From Pseudomonas aeruginosa PAO1 (lineage in GTDB: Bacteria; Pseudomonadota; Gammaproteobacteria; Pseudomonadales; Pseudomonadaceae), in assembly GCF_000006765.1 (NCBI RefSeq), contig NC_002516.2: a stretch of 64,000 bases of DNA. One strand, written 5' to 3'. Under the pieces are notes generated by a model. The model was given only the letters and a program-made list of their open reading frames with translations, made no database searches and was not told the origin of the DNA. How positions within the stretch are numbered: the first letter of the stretch is position 1; the number at the start of each line of letters is the position of its first letter. Shown here piece after piece: positions 49,317-60,705 of the stretch. Made by a program: the position numbers and the translations under genes.

Positions 49317-50093
49317 TCAGAACTGGTCCTTCCAGGCCCTCAGGACGGCGAAAACCTCCTCCGGGGTGCGGTTTTGCTGGCCGCTCCGCTGGTCGGCTTT
49401 TTTCTTAACAGAATTTTCCGAAACGCGAAGAAATGGATTGGTCGACAATTCCAGCGAGATTTCCGACGGCAGGGTGATGCGGTCCCGTTCGCGCAGCCGG
49501 GTCGCTTCCTCGAAGCGTTCCCGCAGCGCCGCGTTGTCGGGCTCCACCGCCAGCGCGAAGCGCAGGTTGCTCAGCGTGTACTCGTGGGTGCAGTAGACCC
49601 GGGTGTTGGCCGGCAGCGCGGCCAGTCGCGCCAGGGAATGATGCATCTGCGCCGGGGTGCCTTCGAAGAGACGGCCGCAGCCGGCGGCGAACAGGGTGTC
49701 GCCGCAGAACAGCAGCGGCGTCTCCGCCGGGTGGTAGTAGGCGATATGGCCGAGGGTATGGCCGGGCACGTGGAAGATCTCGAAGACCAGGCCGAGCACC
49801 TCGACCCGTTCGCCGTCTTCCAGCGCCAGGTCGCGGGCCGGGATCTTCTCGTTGGCCGGGCCGAGAACCCGCGCGCCGGTCAGTTCCTTCAGGGCCGCGA
49901 CGCCGCCGACGTGGTCGTGATGGTGGTGGGTCACCAGGATATCGCTCAACCGCCAGTCGGGATGGGCGGCCAGCCAGGCTTCCACCGGCTTGGCATCGCC
50001 GGGGTCGACCACCGCGCAGCGACGGCTTGTCGCATCTTGCAACAGCCAGATGTAGTTGTCGTTGAAGGCGGGCAGGGCGTCGATCTGTATCAT
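49317..50093 (-). CDS. gloB: Hydroxyacylglutathione hydrolase (glyoxalase II)
   Basis: [30 protein letters not shown] and CTHEYT. Confidence 0.94.
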   Translation of the reverse strand: MIQIDALPAFNDNYIWLLQDATSRRCAVVDPGDAKPVEAWLAAHPDWRLSDILVTHHHHDHVGGVAALKELTGARVLGPANEKIPARDLALEDGERVEVLGLVFEIFHVPGHTLGHIAYYHPAETPLLFCGDTLFAAGCGRLFEGTPAQMHHSLARLAALPANTRVYCTHEYTLSNLRFALAVEPDNAALRERFEEATRLRERDRITLPSEISLELSTNPFLRVSENSVKKKADQRSGQQNRTPEEVFAVLRAWKDQF

Positions 50094-50194
50094 GGGTCGA
50101 TGTCGCTAAGCAGAAGTCATTGGCGCATAGTATTGCTTATTTTCCCGTCGTGCCGGCGTCCGTCGCCGCGAAGGGGAAGACGCTGGAGGTACGC

Positions 50195-50956
50195 ATGAAC
50201 GAACCGCAAGCCTTCGCCCAGACCGATGCCGAGTGGCTGGCATCGATCAACCGGGCGCGCGACTGGTTCCAGGGCCCGCTGGGCAGCCTGATGCTGGCCG
50301 AGGAGCGACGCCTGTTGTGCGACGAGCTGACCCGTTACTTCGGTGGCTACCTGGTGCACTACGGGCCGCATGCCGAACTGCCGCCGAGCACCGGGCAGAT
50401 TCAGCGCGGCGTGCGCCTGGGGCCGCCGCTGCCGGGCGTGGACATCGCCTGCGAAGAGGGCGCCTGGCCGCTCAGCGAACATGCCGCGGACGTGGTCCTG
50501 CTGCAACACGGCCTGGATTTCTGCCTGTCGCCTCACCGTCTCCTGCGCGAAGCCGCGCGTACCGTTCGTCCGGGCGGCCACCTGCTGCTGATCGGCATCA
50601 ACCCATGGAGCCTGTGGGGCATCCGTCATTATTTCGCCGGGGATGCCTTGCGCCAGGCCCGCTGCATTCCTCCGTCGCGGGCCTGCGATTGGCTCAACCT
50701 GCTGGGCTTCGCGCTGGAGAAACGGCGCTTCGGGTGCTATCGTCCGCCGCTTGCGTCGGCAGCCTGGCAATCGCGCCTGGCTCGCCTGGAGCGCTGGGGC
50801 GACGCCTGGCAGTCTTCGGGCGCCGGCTTCTATCTATTGGTGGCACGCAAGCTGGTCGTGGGGTTGCGCCCGTTGCGCCAGAGCAAGCGCGAACCGCGCG
50901 GTCAGCTGGTGCCCATGCCGGTGGCGAAAGTCAGCCGGCGAGATTCCGAAATTTAG
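50195..50956 (+). CDS. YafS-like SAM-dependent methyltransferase-fold protein
   Basis: [30 protein letters not shown]; conserved gloB-yafS-rnhA context; GGAGG RBS before ATG at 50195. Confidence 0.8.
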   Translation: MNEPQAFAQTDAEWLASINRARDWFQGPLGSLMLAEERRLLCDELTRYFGGYLVHYGPHAELPPSTGQIQRGVRLGPPLPGVDIACEEGAWPLSEHAADVVLLQHGLDFCLSPHRLLREAARTVRPGGHLLLIGINPWSLWGIRHYFAGDALRQARCIPPSRACDWLNLLGFALEKRRFGCYRPPLASAAWQSRLARLERWGDAWQSSGAGFYLLVARKLVVGLRPLRQSKREPRGQLVPMPVAKVSRRDSEI

Positions 50957-50958
50957 GC

Positions 50959-51405
50959 ATGACAGATAAAGAACAGGTAGTGATCTATACCGACGGCGCC
51001 TGCAAGGGCAACCCTGGGCGCGGCGGCTGGGGGGCGTTGCTCCTCTACAAGGGCGCCGAGCGAGAGCTTTGGGGCGGCGAGCCGGACACCACCAACAACC
51101 GCATGGAGCTGATGGCGGCGATCCAGGCGCTGGCGGCACTCAAGCGTTCCTGTCCGATCCGTCTGATCACCGACTCGGAATACGTGATGCGCGGCATCAC
51201 CGAATGGTTGCCGAACTGGAAGAAGCGCGGCTGGAAGACCGCCAGCAAGCAGCCGGTCAAGAATGCCGACCTCTGGCAGGCCCTGGATGAACAGGTCGCC
51301 CGGCACCAGGTGGAGTGGCAGTGGGTCCGCGGGCATACCGGCGACCCCGGCAACGAGCGGGCCGACCAGTTGGCCAACCGTGGCGTCGCCGAATTGCCGC
51401 GCTGA
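50959..51405 (+). CDS. rnhA: Ribonuclease HI
   Basis: [33 protein letters not shown] and GNERAD; ATG at 50959 (buried in a longer ORF of the track). Confidence 0.97.
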   Translation: MTDKEQVVIYTDGACKGNPGRGGWGALLLYKGAERELWGGEPDTTNNRMELMAAIQALAALKRSCPIRLITDSEYVMRGITEWLPNWKKRGWKTASKQPVKNADLWQALDEQVARHQVEWQWVRGHTGDPGNERADQLANRGVAELPR

Positions 51406-51469
51406 GCGGCCACACCGAAACAAGCGTTCAGCAGCCACGGCTGCAGCGAAACAGAGAAAGGCCCTATAG

Positions 51470-52210
51470 ATGCGTAGCGTCGTACTGGATACCGAAACCA
51501 CCGGCATGCCGGTGACCGATGGTCACCGGATCATCGAGATCGGCTGTGTCGAGCTGGAGGGGCGCCGCCTGACCGGTCGCCACTTCCACGTCTACCTGCA
51601 ACCCGATCGCGAGGTCGACGAAGGGGCGATCGCCGTCCACGGCATCACCAACGAATACCTGAAGGACAAGCCGCGCTTCCGCGAGGTCGCCAACGATTTC
51701 TTCGAATTCATCCGCGGCGCCCAGCTGATCATCCACAACGCGGCGTTCGATATCGGCTTCATCAACAACGAGTTCGCCCTGCTGGGCCAGCAGGACCGCT
51801 CGGACGTGACCGAGTACTGCTCGGTGCTGGATACCCTGCTGATGGCCCGCGAGCGCCATCCGGGCCAGCGCAACAACCTCGATGCGTTGTGCAAGCGCTA
51901 CGGCGTGGACAACTCCGGTCGCGACCTGCACGGCGCGTTGCTCGACGCCGAGATCCTCGCCGACGTCTACCTGGCGATGACCGGCGGCCAGACCAGCCTG
52001 TCGCTGGCCGGCAGCGGCGCGGAAGGCGACGGCAGCGGCCGGCCGATGGTCAGCCCGATCCGTCGGCTCGATCCGGCGCGGGTAGCCACCCCGGTGCTGC
52101 GCGCCAACGCCGAAGAGCTGGCTGCGCATGCGGCGCGGCTGGCGGTGATCGAGAAGTCGGCAGGTGGTCCGTCACTCTGGGCGCAACTGGAGGCGCCGGT
52201 CGGCGAATAG
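51470..52210 (+). CDS. dnaQ: DNA polymerase III epsilon subunit
   Basis: LDTETTG, HNAAFD and HGALLDAEIL DEDDh motifs. Confidence 0.96.
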   Translation: MRSVVLDTETTGMPVTDGHRIIEIGCVELEGRRLTGRHFHVYLQPDREVDEGAIAVHGITNEYLKDKPRFREVANDFFEFIRGAQLIIHNAAFDIGFINNEFALLGQQDRSDVTEYCSVLDTLLMARERHPGQRNNLDALCKRYGVDNSGRDLHGALLDAEILADVYLAMTGGQTSLSLAGSGAEGDGSGRPMVSPIRRLDPARVATPVLRANAEELAAHAARLAVIEKSAGGPSLWAQLEAPVGE

Positions 52211-52237
52211 CCTGCCCATGCACCACGGGCGCCGCGT

Positions 52238-52627
52238 TCAGCGTGTCGCCCGGTCCACCAGCAAGGTGTCGCAGAACTGCTCGAAACGGCGGATCCTGCC
52301 GTCCTCTACCGTCCATACGTGTGCCACACGTGCTTCGAACGACTTGCCGCTGCGACGGTGGGTCGCTGCATATCGACCGACGGCGATCACGCTGTCGCCG
52401 CCGTCGATCAGGCGCTCGATCTCGACCCTGAAGCCCTCCCAGTCCCGTTGCAAGGCCTGGAACACACCGGCGCCGATGGCGGCCGCGCCGACATAGGTGC
52501 CGGCCAGCGGGAAACCGGCCATTTCCGTCCATTCGGTGCGTTCGTCCATGTCCGCCAGCATTCCGGCGAGGTCCCCACGGCTAGAGGCCGCATAGTGATC
52601 GCTGACGATCCGATAAGCGCTGCGCAT
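52238..52627 (-). CDS. SnoaL/NTF2-like fold protein
   Basis: W.E..GFPLAGTY.G, GRY...SGKSFEA..HVW....GRI..F.Q..DT pattern. Confidence 0.8.
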   Translation of the reverse strand: MRSAYRIVSDHYAASSRGDLAGMLADMDERTEWTEMAGFPLAGTYVGAAAIGAGVFQALQRDWEGFRVEIERLIDGGDSVIAVGRYAATHRRSGKSFEARVAHVWTVEDGRIRRFEQFCDTLLVDRATR

Positions 52628-52820
52628 CGTTGTCGCTCCGTAGCAGGGCAGAGAGGTCCATGCTCCTCGCTGGCGGGAGCGGAGGCAAGCGCGGCGCGCC
52701 GACTTGTGTTGCCGCGACCTTTTCTTACAAGGGCAAGCCGCCGGGGGTTACGCGCGTGCCGGCAAGTCTCTACCCTGAGCCGACCGGCGGGGTTCGCCCG
52801 CCTGCTGCTCGGGATCAACA

Positions 52821-55076
52821 ATGTATAAAGACCTCAAATTTCCCGTCCTCATCGTCCATCGCGACATCAAGGCCGACACCGTTGCCGGCGAACGCGTGCG
52901 GGGCATCGCCCACGAACTGGAGCAGGACGGCTTCAGCATTCTCTCCACCGCCAGCTCCGCCGAGGGGCGCATCGTCGCTTCCACCCACCACGGCCTGGCC
53001 TGCATTCTGGTCGCCGCCGAAGGTGCCGGGGAAAACCAGCGCCTGCTGCAGGATGTGGTCGAACTGATCCGCGTGGCCCGCGTGCGGGCGCCGCAATTGC
53101 CGATCTTCGCCCTCGGCGAGCAGGTGACCATCGAGAACGCGCCGGCCGAGTCCATGGCCGACCTGCACCAGTTGCGCGGCATCCTCTACCTGTTCGAAGA
53201 CACCGTGCCGTTCCTCGCCCGCCAGGTCGCCCGGGCGGCGCGCAACTACCTGGCCGGGCTGCTGCCGCCATTCTTCCGTGCGCTGGTCGAGCACACCGCG
53301 CAGTCCAACTATTCCTGGCATACGCCGGGCCACGGCGGCGGTGTCGCCTATCGCAAGAGTCCGGTGGGACAGGCGTTCCACCAGTTCTTCGGGGAGAACA
53401 CGCTGCGTTCCGACCTGTCGGTCTCGGTCCCCGAGCTGGGATCGCTGCTCGACCATACCGGCCCCCTGGCCGAGGCCGAGGACCGTGCCGCGCGCAATTT
53501 CGGCGCCGACCATACCTTCTTCGTGATCAATGGCACTTCCACCGCGAACAAGATCGTCTGGCACTCCATGGTCGGTCGCGAAGACCTGGTGCTGGTGGAC
53601 CGCAACTGCCACAAGTCGATCCTCCACTCGATCATCATGACCGGGGCGATACCGCTCTACCTGACTCCGGAACGCAACGAACTGGGGATCATCGGGCCGA
53701 TCCCGCTGAGCGAATTCAGCAAGCAGTCGATCGCCGCGAAGATCGCCGCCAGCCCGCTGGCGCGCGGCCGCGAGCCGAAGGTGAAGCTGGCGGTGGTGAC
53801 TAACTCCACCTACGACGGCCTGTGCTACAACGCCGAGCTGATCAAGCAGACCCTCGGCGACAGCGTCGAGGTGTTGCACTTCGACGAGGCTTGGTACGCC
53901 TATGCCGCGTTCCACGAGTTCTACGACGGACGCTATGGCATGGGCACCTCGCGCAGCGAGGAGGGACCCCTGGTGTTCGCCACCCACTCCACGCACAAGA
54001 TGCTCGCCGCCTTCAGCCAGGCCTCGATGATCCACGTGCAGGATGGCGGGACCCGGAAGCTGGACGTGGCGCGCTTCAACGAAGCCTTCATGATGCACAT
54101 CTCGACCTCGCCGCAGTACGGCATCATCGCTTCGCTGGACGTGGCTTCGGCGATGATGGAAGGGCCCGCCGGGCGTTCGCTGATCCAGGAGACCTTCGAC
54201 GAGGCCCTCAGCTTCCGCCGGGCCCTGGCCAACGTACGGCAGAACCTGGACCGGAACGACTGGTGGTTCGGCGTCTGGCAGCCGGAGCAGGTGGAGGGCA
54301 CCGACCAGGTCGGCACCCATGACTGGGTGCTGGAGCCGAGCGCCGACTGGCACGGCTTCGGCGATATCGCCGAAGACTACGTGCTGCTCGACCCGATCAA
54401 GGTCACCCTGACCACCCCGGGCCTGAGCGCTGGCGGCAAGCTCAGCGAGCAGGGGATTCCGGCCGCCATCGTCAGCCGCTTCCTCTGGGAGCGCGGGCTG
54501 GTGGTGGAGAAAACCGGTCTCTACTCCTTCCTGGTGCTGTTCTCGATGGGCATCACCAAGGGCAAGTGGAGCACCCTGGTCACCGAACTGCTCGAATTCA
54601 AGCGCTGTTACGACGCCAACCTGCCGCTGCTTGACGTCTTGCCCTCCGTGGCCCAGGCCGGCGGCAAGCGCTACAACGGAGTGGGCCTGCGCGACCTCAG
54701 CGACGCCATGCACGCCAGCTACCGCGACAACGCCACGGCGAAGGCCATGAAGCGCATGTACACGGTGCTGCCGGAGGTCGCGATGCGGCCGTCCGAGGCC
54801 TACGACAAGCTGGTGCGCGGCGAGGTCGAGGCGGTACCGATCGCTCGGTTGGAAGGGCGCATCGCGGCCGTCATGCTGGTACCCTATCCGCCGGGTATCC
54901 CGCTGATCATGCCGGGTGAGCGCTTCACCGAGGCGACCCGCTCGATCCTCGACTATCTCGAGTTCGCGCGGACCTTCGAGCGCGCCTTCCCTGGTTTCGA
55001 CTCCGATGTGCATGGCCTGCAGCATCAGGACGGACCGTCCGGGCGCTGCTATACCGTTGAATGCATAAAGGAATGA
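52821..55076 (+). CDS. ldcA: PLP-dependent lysine (basic amino acid) decarboxylase
   Basis: Wing domain, WHTPGHGGG, NGTSTANK, HFDEAW and STHKML (PLP lysine). Confidence 0.92.
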   Translation: MYKDLKFPVLIVHRDIKADTVAGERVRGIAHELEQDGFSILSTASSAEGRIVASTHHGLACILVAAEGAGENQRLLQDVVELIRVARVRAPQLPIFALGEQVTIENAPAESMADLHQLRGILYLFEDTVPFLARQVARAARNYLAGLLPPFFRALVEHTAQSNYSWHTPGHGGGVAYRKSPVGQAFHQFFGENTLRSDLSVSVPELGSLLDHTGPLAEAEDRAARNFGADHTFFVINGTSTANKIVWHSMVGREDLVLVDRNCHKSILHSIIMTGAIPLYLTPERNELGIIGPIPLSEFSKQSIAAKIAASPLARGREPKVKLAVVTNSTYDGLCYNAELIKQTLGDSVEVLHFDEAWYAYAAFHEFYDGRYGMGTSRSEEGPLVFATHSTHKMLAAFSQASMIHVQDGGTRKLDVARFNEAFMMHISTSPQYGIIASLDVASAMMEGPAGRSLIQETFDEALSFRRALANVRQNLDRNDWWFGVWQPEQVEGTDQVGTHDWVLEPSADWHGFGDIAEDYVLLDPIKVTLTTPGLSAGGKLSEQGIPAAIVSRFLWERGLVVEKTGLYSFLVLFSMGITKGKWSTLVTELLEFKRCYDANLPLLDVLPSVAQAGGKRYNGVGLRDLSDAMHASYRDNATAKAMKRMYTVLPEVAMRPSEAYDKLVRGEVEAVPIARLEGRIAAVMLVPYPPGIPLIMPGERFTEATRSILDYLEFARTFERAFPGFDSDVHGLQHQDGPSGRCYTVECIKE

Positions 55077-55099
55077 AGCCGACAGGCTAAGGGGTGTCG

Positions 55100-56455
55100 A
55101 TGGCGGGGGGAGAGAAGGCCGGCAAGCGCGGCATGGGGTTCTGGACCTGCAGCGCGCTGGTGATCGGCAACATGGTCGGTTCGGGAGTCTTCCTGCTTCC
55201 CTCCAGCCTGGCGGCGTTCGGCGGGCTCAGCCTGTTCGGCTGGCTGGTGTCGAGCACCGGCGCGGTGCTGCTGGCGCTGACCTTCGCCCGCCTGGCGCGG
55301 GTCAACCCCGGCGCCGGCGGCCCCTACGCCTATACCCGCGACGGTTTCGGCAGCTTCGCCGGCTACCTGTGCGCCTGGACCTACTGGAAAGCCGCCTGGA
55401 TCGGCAACGCGGCGATCGCCGTGACCCTGGTCGGCTACCTGCGGGTATTCATCCCGGCGCTGGCGGATCCGCTGCTGATGGTCAGCGTGGCCATCGCCGC
55501 GATCTGGCTGTGCACCCTGATCAACCTGCGAGGCATCGGCACCTTCAGCGTGGTGCAGAACCTGCTGACCATCCTCAAGCTGCTGCCGTTGTTGCTGGTC
55601 GGTATCCTCGGCTGGTTCCACTTCAATCCCGAGCACCTGGCGATCCCGGCGCGCAGCGAGCTGCCGAACATGGGCTATGCCCAGGCGATCGCCACCACCG
55701 CGGCGCTGACCCTGTGGTCGTTCATCGGCCTGGAGTCGGCCACCGTGCCGGCCGACGACGTCGAGGATCCGCGCCGCACCATTCCCCGTGCGACCCTGTT
55801 CGGCACGCTGGCCGCGGCGGCCCTCTACATCCTCTCGATCACTGCGGTGCAGGGCCTGATGCCGCCGGAGGTGCTGGCCCGCTCCACCTCGCCGTTCGCC
55901 GACGCGGCGCGGATCCTGATGGGCGACTGGGGCTACTACCTGGTGGCTGCCGGGGCGGTCATCGCCTGCCTGGGCGCGCTCAATGGCTGGGTCCTGTTGC
56001 AGGGCCAGATCCCGGTGGCTCCGGCGCGCGACGGGCTGTTCCCGGAGTCGCTCGGCCAGCTCAACAAGAACGGCGCGCCGGCCCACGGCCTGCTGGCCTC
56101 GGGGCTGCTGGTGACGGCGCTGGTGATGGTCGACGGGCATGGCGACCTGGTCGATGTGTTCAACGTGATCATCCTGCTCGGCACCATGACCGGGGTGGTC
56201 CCCTACGCGTTCTGCACCGCCGCGCTGTTGCAACTGCTGGCGGTGCGACCGGACGAGTTCTCGCCGCGTTCACGCCGGCAATTGCTGGTGATCGGCTCGC
56301 TGGGCTTCGCCTACTCGCTATGGGCGCTGTATGGCACCGGCCAGCAGGCGATCTTCTGGGGCTTCCTGGTGCTGATGGCCGGTATCCCGATGTACACCTG
56401 GCGGCAATGGCGCAACCAGGTCAACGGAGTGCCGACGCTCAAAGCCAATGACTGA
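55100..56455 (+). CDS. APC-family amino acid/polyamine antiporter (CadB/AdiC-like)
   Basis: [11 protein letters not shown] and WSFIGLESA; follows ldcA; alternative GTG start at 55094. Confidence 0.88.
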   Translation: MAGGEKAGKRGMGFWTCSALVIGNMVGSGVFLLPSSLAAFGGLSLFGWLVSSTGAVLLALTFARLARVNPGAGGPYAYTRDGFGSFAGYLCAWTYWKAAWIGNAAIAVTLVGYLRVFIPALADPLLMVSVAIAAIWLCTLINLRGIGTFSVVQNLLTILKLLPLLLVGILGWFHFNPEHLAIPARSELPNMGYAQAIATTAALTLWSFIGLESATVPADDVEDPRRTIPRATLFGTLAAAALYILSITAVQGLMPPEVLARSTSPFADAARILMGDWGYYLVAAGAVIACLGALNGWVLLQGQIPVAPARDGLFPESLGQLNKNGAPAHGLLASGLLVTALVMVDGHGDLVDVFNVIILLGTMTGVVPYAFCTAALLQLLAVRPDEFSPRSRRQLLVIGSLGFAYSLWALYGTGQQAIFWGFLVLMAGIPMYTWRQWRNQVNGVPTLKAND

Positions 56456-57941
56456 CCGCCCACCAGCCCAGGCCGCCCATCACCAGGGTGTAGGGTAGCG
56501 CCATCCAGACCATGCGGCCGTACGACAGGCGCACCAGCGGGGCGATGGAGGAGGTCAGCAGGAAGAGGAACGCCGCCTGGCCGTTGGGCGTCGCTACGCT
56601 GGGCAGGTTGGTGCCGGTATTGATCGCCACCGCCAGGGTATCGAAATGCTCGCGGCTCATGTGGCCGGCATCCAGCGCCTGTTTCACCTCGGTGATGTAG
56701 ATGGTGGCGACGAATACGTTGTCGCTGATCGCCGAGAGCAGGCCGTTGGCGATGAACAGCATGCCCGGCTGGCGTTCCGCCGGCAGCGCCAGCACCGCCT
56801 GGATGATCGGGGTGAACAGGTGCTGCTGGTGGATCACCGCGACCACCGCGAAGAACACCACCAGCAGCGCAGTGAACGGCAGGGCCTCCTGGAAGGCGCG
56901 GCCGATCTGGTGTTCGTCGGTGACGCCGGTGAAGGCAGTGATCAGCACGATCACCAACAGGCCGATCAGGCCGACCTCGGCGACATGCAGGGCCAGCCCG
57001 ACGATCAGTACCAGCGCCGCCAGGGCCTGCACCAGCAGCGCGGCCTTCTGCTGCGCTCCGCGTTTGCGGCTTTCGCTGGCGGCGTACTCGGCGAGCACCT
57101 GGCGCACCGCCGCCGGCAACTGGGCGCCATAGCCGAAGCGGCGGCTCTTCTCCAGCAGCACGCAGGTCAGCAGGCCGGCCGCCAGTACCGGCATGGATAC
57201 CGGCGCGACCTGGCGGAAGAACTCGACGAAATGCCAGCCGGCCTCGTGGCCGATCAGCAGGTTCTGCGGCTCTCCCACCAGGGTGCAGACGCCGCCCAGC
57301 GCGGTGCCGACCGCCGCGTGCATGAGCAGGCTGCGGAGGAAGGCGCGGAATTCCTCGAGATGGGCCCGGTGCAGCTCGGGGACCTGGCGGTCGGTGGCGG
57401 GATCGTAGTCCTCGCTGGCGCGCTGCCCCGAAGCGACCCGGTGATACACGGCGAAGAATGCCACCGCCACGCTGATCACCACGGCGGTCACGGTGAGGGC
57501 GTCGAGGAAGGCCGAGAGGAGGGCGGCCAGCAGGCAGAACAGGAGCGATAGCAGGGTCTTCGAGCGCACGCCGAGCAGCAGGCGGGAAAACAGCAGGAGC
57601 AGCAGGTCCTTCATGAAGTAGATGCCGGCGACCATGAACATCAGCAGCAGGAGCACCGGGAAGTTGTGCTGCAATTCCGCATAGAGCGCCTCGGGGGTAG
57701 CCAGGCCAAGCAGCAGCGCCTCCAGCACCAACAGGCCACCCGGCTGTAGCGGATAGCATTTCAGCGCCATGGCCAGGGTGAAGATGAACTCGCCGACCAG
57801 CACCCAGGCGCTTGTCACCGGCCCGGCCAGCCATAGCAGCAGGGGGTTGAGCAAGAGGAAGGCGAGCACCGTCAGCTTGTACCAGCGCGGCGAATGCCCG
57901 AGGAAGTTCTGTGCGAAAGCCTGGCTCAGGGGACTGCTCAC
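56439..57941 (-). CDS. nhaB: Na+/H+ antiporter NhaB
   Basis: [46 protein letters not shown] and [10 protein letters not shown]; GTG start at 57941 after GGAG. Confidence 0.94.
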   Translation of the reverse strand: MSSPLSQAFAQNFLGHSPRWYKLTVLAFLLLNPLLLWLAGPVTSAWVLVGEFIFTLAMALKCYPLQPGGLLVLEALLLGLATPEALYAELQHNFPVLLLLMFMVAGIYFMKDLLLLLFSRLLLGVRSKTLLSLLFCLLAALLSAFLDALTVTAVVISVAVAFFAVYHRVASGQRASEDYDPATDRQVPELHRAHLEEFRAFLRSLLMHAAVGTALGGVCTLVGEPQNLLIGHEAGWHFVEFFRQVAPVSMPVLAAGLLTCVLLEKSRRFGYGAQLPAAVRQVLAEYAASESRKRGAQQKAALLVQALAALVLIVGLALHVAEVGLIGLLVIVLITAFTGVTDEHQIGRAFQEALPFTALLVVFFAVVAVIHQQHLFTPIIQAVLALPAERQPGMLFIANGLLSAISDNVFVATIYITEVKQALDAGHMSREHFDTLAVAINTGTNLPSVATPNGQAAFLFLLTSSIAPLVRLSYGRMVWMALPYTLVMGGLGWWAVSHWL

Positions 57942-58164
57942 GATGGACTCCACGGCAAGGAAAAGACTGAAAATGCCAGCAGGACTTTCGTTGGATCAAG
58001 CGTTTAGCGCAATCATCGAAGAGATTGCGGTATCAATGGGCGTGCCGTGCATCACATAGTGCAGCATCGACATTTGGCTCGCCCTTGTTATAGTTGCGGG
58101 ATTTTCCGCACAACAAAAATCTCTGCGTTCTGACAGCGCAGTTGCTCTGCCGAGGACTATCGCC

Positions 58165-58977
58165 GTGACCGAGTACAACGCATTCCGTGTGGAGCTGGCA
58201 GACAAGATCGCCCACGTCCAGATCAACCGTCCGGACAAGATCAATGCCATGAACCAGGACTTCTGGCGCGAGATCATCGAGATCTTCCGCTGGGTCGACG
58301 ATACCGACGAAGTGCGGGTGGTCGTGCTGTCCGGGGCGGGCAAGCATTTTTCCTCGGGGATCGACCTGATGCTGCTGGCCCAGGTCGGCAGCCAACTGGG
58401 CAAGGACGTCGGCCGCAACGCCGACGCCCTGCGTCGCAAGATTCTCGAGCTGCAGGCCTCGTTCAACGCGGTCGACAACTGCCGCAAGCCGGTGCTCGCG
58501 GCGATCCAGGGCTACTGCCTGGGCGGCGCCATCGACCTGGTCTCGGCCTGCGACATGCGCTACTCGACCGCCGACGCGCAGTTCTCGATCAAGGAGATCG
58601 ACATCGGCATGGCCGCCGACGTCGGCACCCTGCAGCGCCTGCCGCGGATCATCGGCGATGGCATGATGCGCGAGCTGGCCTACACCGGGCGCATGGTCGA
58701 CGGCGAAGAGGCACGGAGCATCGGCCTGGTCAATCGTACCTACGCGGACCAGGCCGCATTGATGGATGGGGTCTTCGAACTGGCGCGGCAGATCGCCGCG
58801 AAGTCGCCGATCGCCATCCGTGGTACCAAGGAAATGATCCGCTATATGCGCGACCACCGGGTCGACGACGGCCTCGAGTACGTCGCTACCTGGAACGCCG
58901 CCATGCTCCAGTCCGCCGACCTGCGGGTGGCGATGGCCGCGCATATGGCCAAGCAGAAGCCGGAATTCGCTGATTGA
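58165..58977 (+). CDS. Enoyl-CoA hydratase/isomerase (crotonase) family protein
   Basis: FSSGIDL, GYCLGGAIDL, CDMRY, KEIDIG and ADVGTLQRL (dienoyl-CoA isomerase-like). Confidence 0.9.
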   Translation: MTEYNAFRVELADKIAHVQINRPDKINAMNQDFWREIIEIFRWVDDTDEVRVVVLSGAGKHFSSGIDLMLLAQVGSQLGKDVGRNADALRRKILELQASFNAVDNCRKPVLAAIQGYCLGGAIDLVSACDMRYSTADAQFSIKEIDIGMAADVGTLQRLPRIIGDGMMRELAYTGRMVDGEEARSIGLVNRTYADQAALMDGVFELARQIAAKSPIAIRGTKEMIRYMRDHRVDDGLEYVATWNAAMLQSADLRVAMAAHMAKQKPEFAD

Positions 58978-59016
58978 TGCCGTTGTATATTCTTGCGCGG
59001 GAGGCGCACTAGACCG

Positions 59017-60705
59017 ATGGTCACAGGAGCCACGTCCCTCAGTCTGGTGCGCGACGAGTTGTTCGCCACCATGGAACAGGCCGAACAGGGTCTTGAGCAG
59101 TTCATTGCCGAGCGGCAGAACGGCAGCCTGCTGCAGCACGCCGTCGAATGCCTGCAACAGATCCGCGGCACCCTCAACCTGATCGAGCTGGCCGGCGCCG
59201 AGCTGCTGGCCCAGGAAGCCCTGCAGCTGGCGACCGACATTCCCACCGGCGTCAGCGAGGAGCGCGACGGCCAGCTGGCAGCCCTGGGCAACGCCCTGTA
59301 CGTGCTGCGCCGCTACCTGGAGAACGTCGAGGCCAATCGCCAGGAGATCCCCGAGCTGCTCTTGCCGGCGATCAACGAAGTGCGCTGTGCCGCAGGGCAG
59401 CCGGCGCTGCCGGAAAGCTTCTTCTTCAGCGCCCGCCTGGATATCCCGCGGCCGCCGAGCACTGCCATCGACCACCTGCCTTCCGAAGCCGAACTGGGCG
59501 AGGAAAGCCGGCGGATGCGCCACATGTACCAGATCGGCCTGCTCGGCCTGATCCGCGAACAGAACCTCTATCCCAGCCTCAAGCTGATGGGCCGCGCGCT
59601 GGCGCGCCTCGACAGTCTGCACGGCGGGGTGGCCCGTTCGCGGCTGTGCTGGATCGGCGCCGCGGCGATCGAGTCGATCGTCGATGGCCAACTGTTGCCG
59701 CGCAAGTCGCGCAAGCAACTGTTCTCGCGCATCGACCGCGAGCTCAAGCAATTGCTGATCGGCCCGGCCTACGAGGCGCCGCGCCATCTGCTCAAGGAAC
59801 TGCTTTACCTGGTGGCGCTGTCCGACGGCCAGGGCCCGCGTTCGCGCGAGGTCCGCGAACTGCATGGGCTGGCGCCGCTGCCGTTCACCGACCACCTGCT
59901 GGAAGAGGAATCGCAGCGCCTGTCCGGCCCCGGCCAGTCGGTGATGCGTTCGCTGTCCACGGCGATCCGCGAGGAACTCGCCGGGGTCAAGGACATGCTC
60001 GACCTGATCGAGCGCGGCGTGGCCCAGCCGGATAGCCTGACCAACCTGCATGCGCAACTGGGCAAGCTGAGCAAGACCCTCGGCATGGTCGGCCTGAACT
60101 CGGCCGGCACCGCCCTGCAGACCCAGCTACCCACCGTGGCCGCCTGGGCTGCCAGCGGCGTCGCCGATTCGCCGCCGGCGTTGCTGCGCCTGGCCGATGC
60201 GGTGCTCTACGTGGAAAGCATGGTCGGCAACCTCGAGCGCGGCGAGCGCCGCATCATCCGGCCGACTCCGGCGGAGCCCGGGCAGGAAGCCGATGCGTTC
60301 GCCGTGCACCAGTTGGCCGAGGCGCGCATCGTGGTGATCGAGGAGGCCAAGGCCGGCCTGGCCCTGGCCAAGCGTGCGATCACCGCGTACCTGGAATCCA
60401 ATGGCGACAAGCTCAACCTGGCCAACGTCCCGGCCAGCCTGCAGGCGGTCCGGGGCGGTCTCTGGTTCCTCGGTCAGGAGCGCGCCGCGCTGCTGGTCGG
60501 CGGCTGCGCCGACTACATCCAGCAGCGCATGATCGAGACCGCGCAGATGCCTTCGGAGCAGATGCTGGAAACCCTCGCCGACGCCCTGACCAGTCTCGAA
60601 TACTATCTCGAGGGCGGTGCCGTGCTGCGTCCGCAGGGCCAGCCGGACGTCCTCGACCTGGCCAGCGCCAGCGTCAAGGCGCTCGGACTGCCGGTGGCCG
60701 CCTGA
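59017..60705 (+). CDS. fimL: FimL (homologous to the ChpA N-terminus; links Chp chemosensing to CyaB/Vfr)
   Basis: [15 protein letters not shown]..., [13 protein letters not shown]; Hpt-like helical repeats lacking the phosphoacceptor His; 562 aa. Confidence 0.88.
   Translation: MVTGATSLSLVRDELFATMEQAEQGLEQFIAERQNGSLLQHAVECLQQIRGTLNLIELAGAELLAQEALQLATDIPTGVSEERDGQLAALGNALYVLRRYLENVEANRQEIPELLLPAINEVRCAAGQPALPESFFFSARLDIPRPPSTAIDHLPSEAELGEESRRMRHMYQIGLLGLIREQNLYPSLKLMGRALARLDSLHGGVARSRLCWIGAAAIESIVDGQLLPRKSRKQLFSRIDRELKQLLIGPAYEAPRHLLKELLYLVALSDGQGPRSREVRELHGLAPLPFTDHLLEEESQRLSGPGQSVMRSLSTAIREELAGVKDMLDLIERGVAQPDSLTNLHAQLGKLSKTLGMVGLNSAGTALQTQLPTVAAWAASGVADSPPALLRLADAVLYVESMVGNLERGERRIIRPTPAEPGQEADAFAVHQLAEARIVVIEEAKAGLALAKRAITAYLESNGDKLNLANVPASLQAVRGGLWFLGQERAALLVGGCADYIQQRMIETAQMPSEQMLETLADALTSLEYYLEGGAVLRPQGQPDVLDLASASVKALGLPVAA

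Noticed and set aside
50233-50958. Apparent fusion of an upstream frame to RNase HI (390-aa ORF)
   Set aside because: The extension is an alternative frame over yafS, rich in Arg/Pro/Ala. rnhA starts at 50959.
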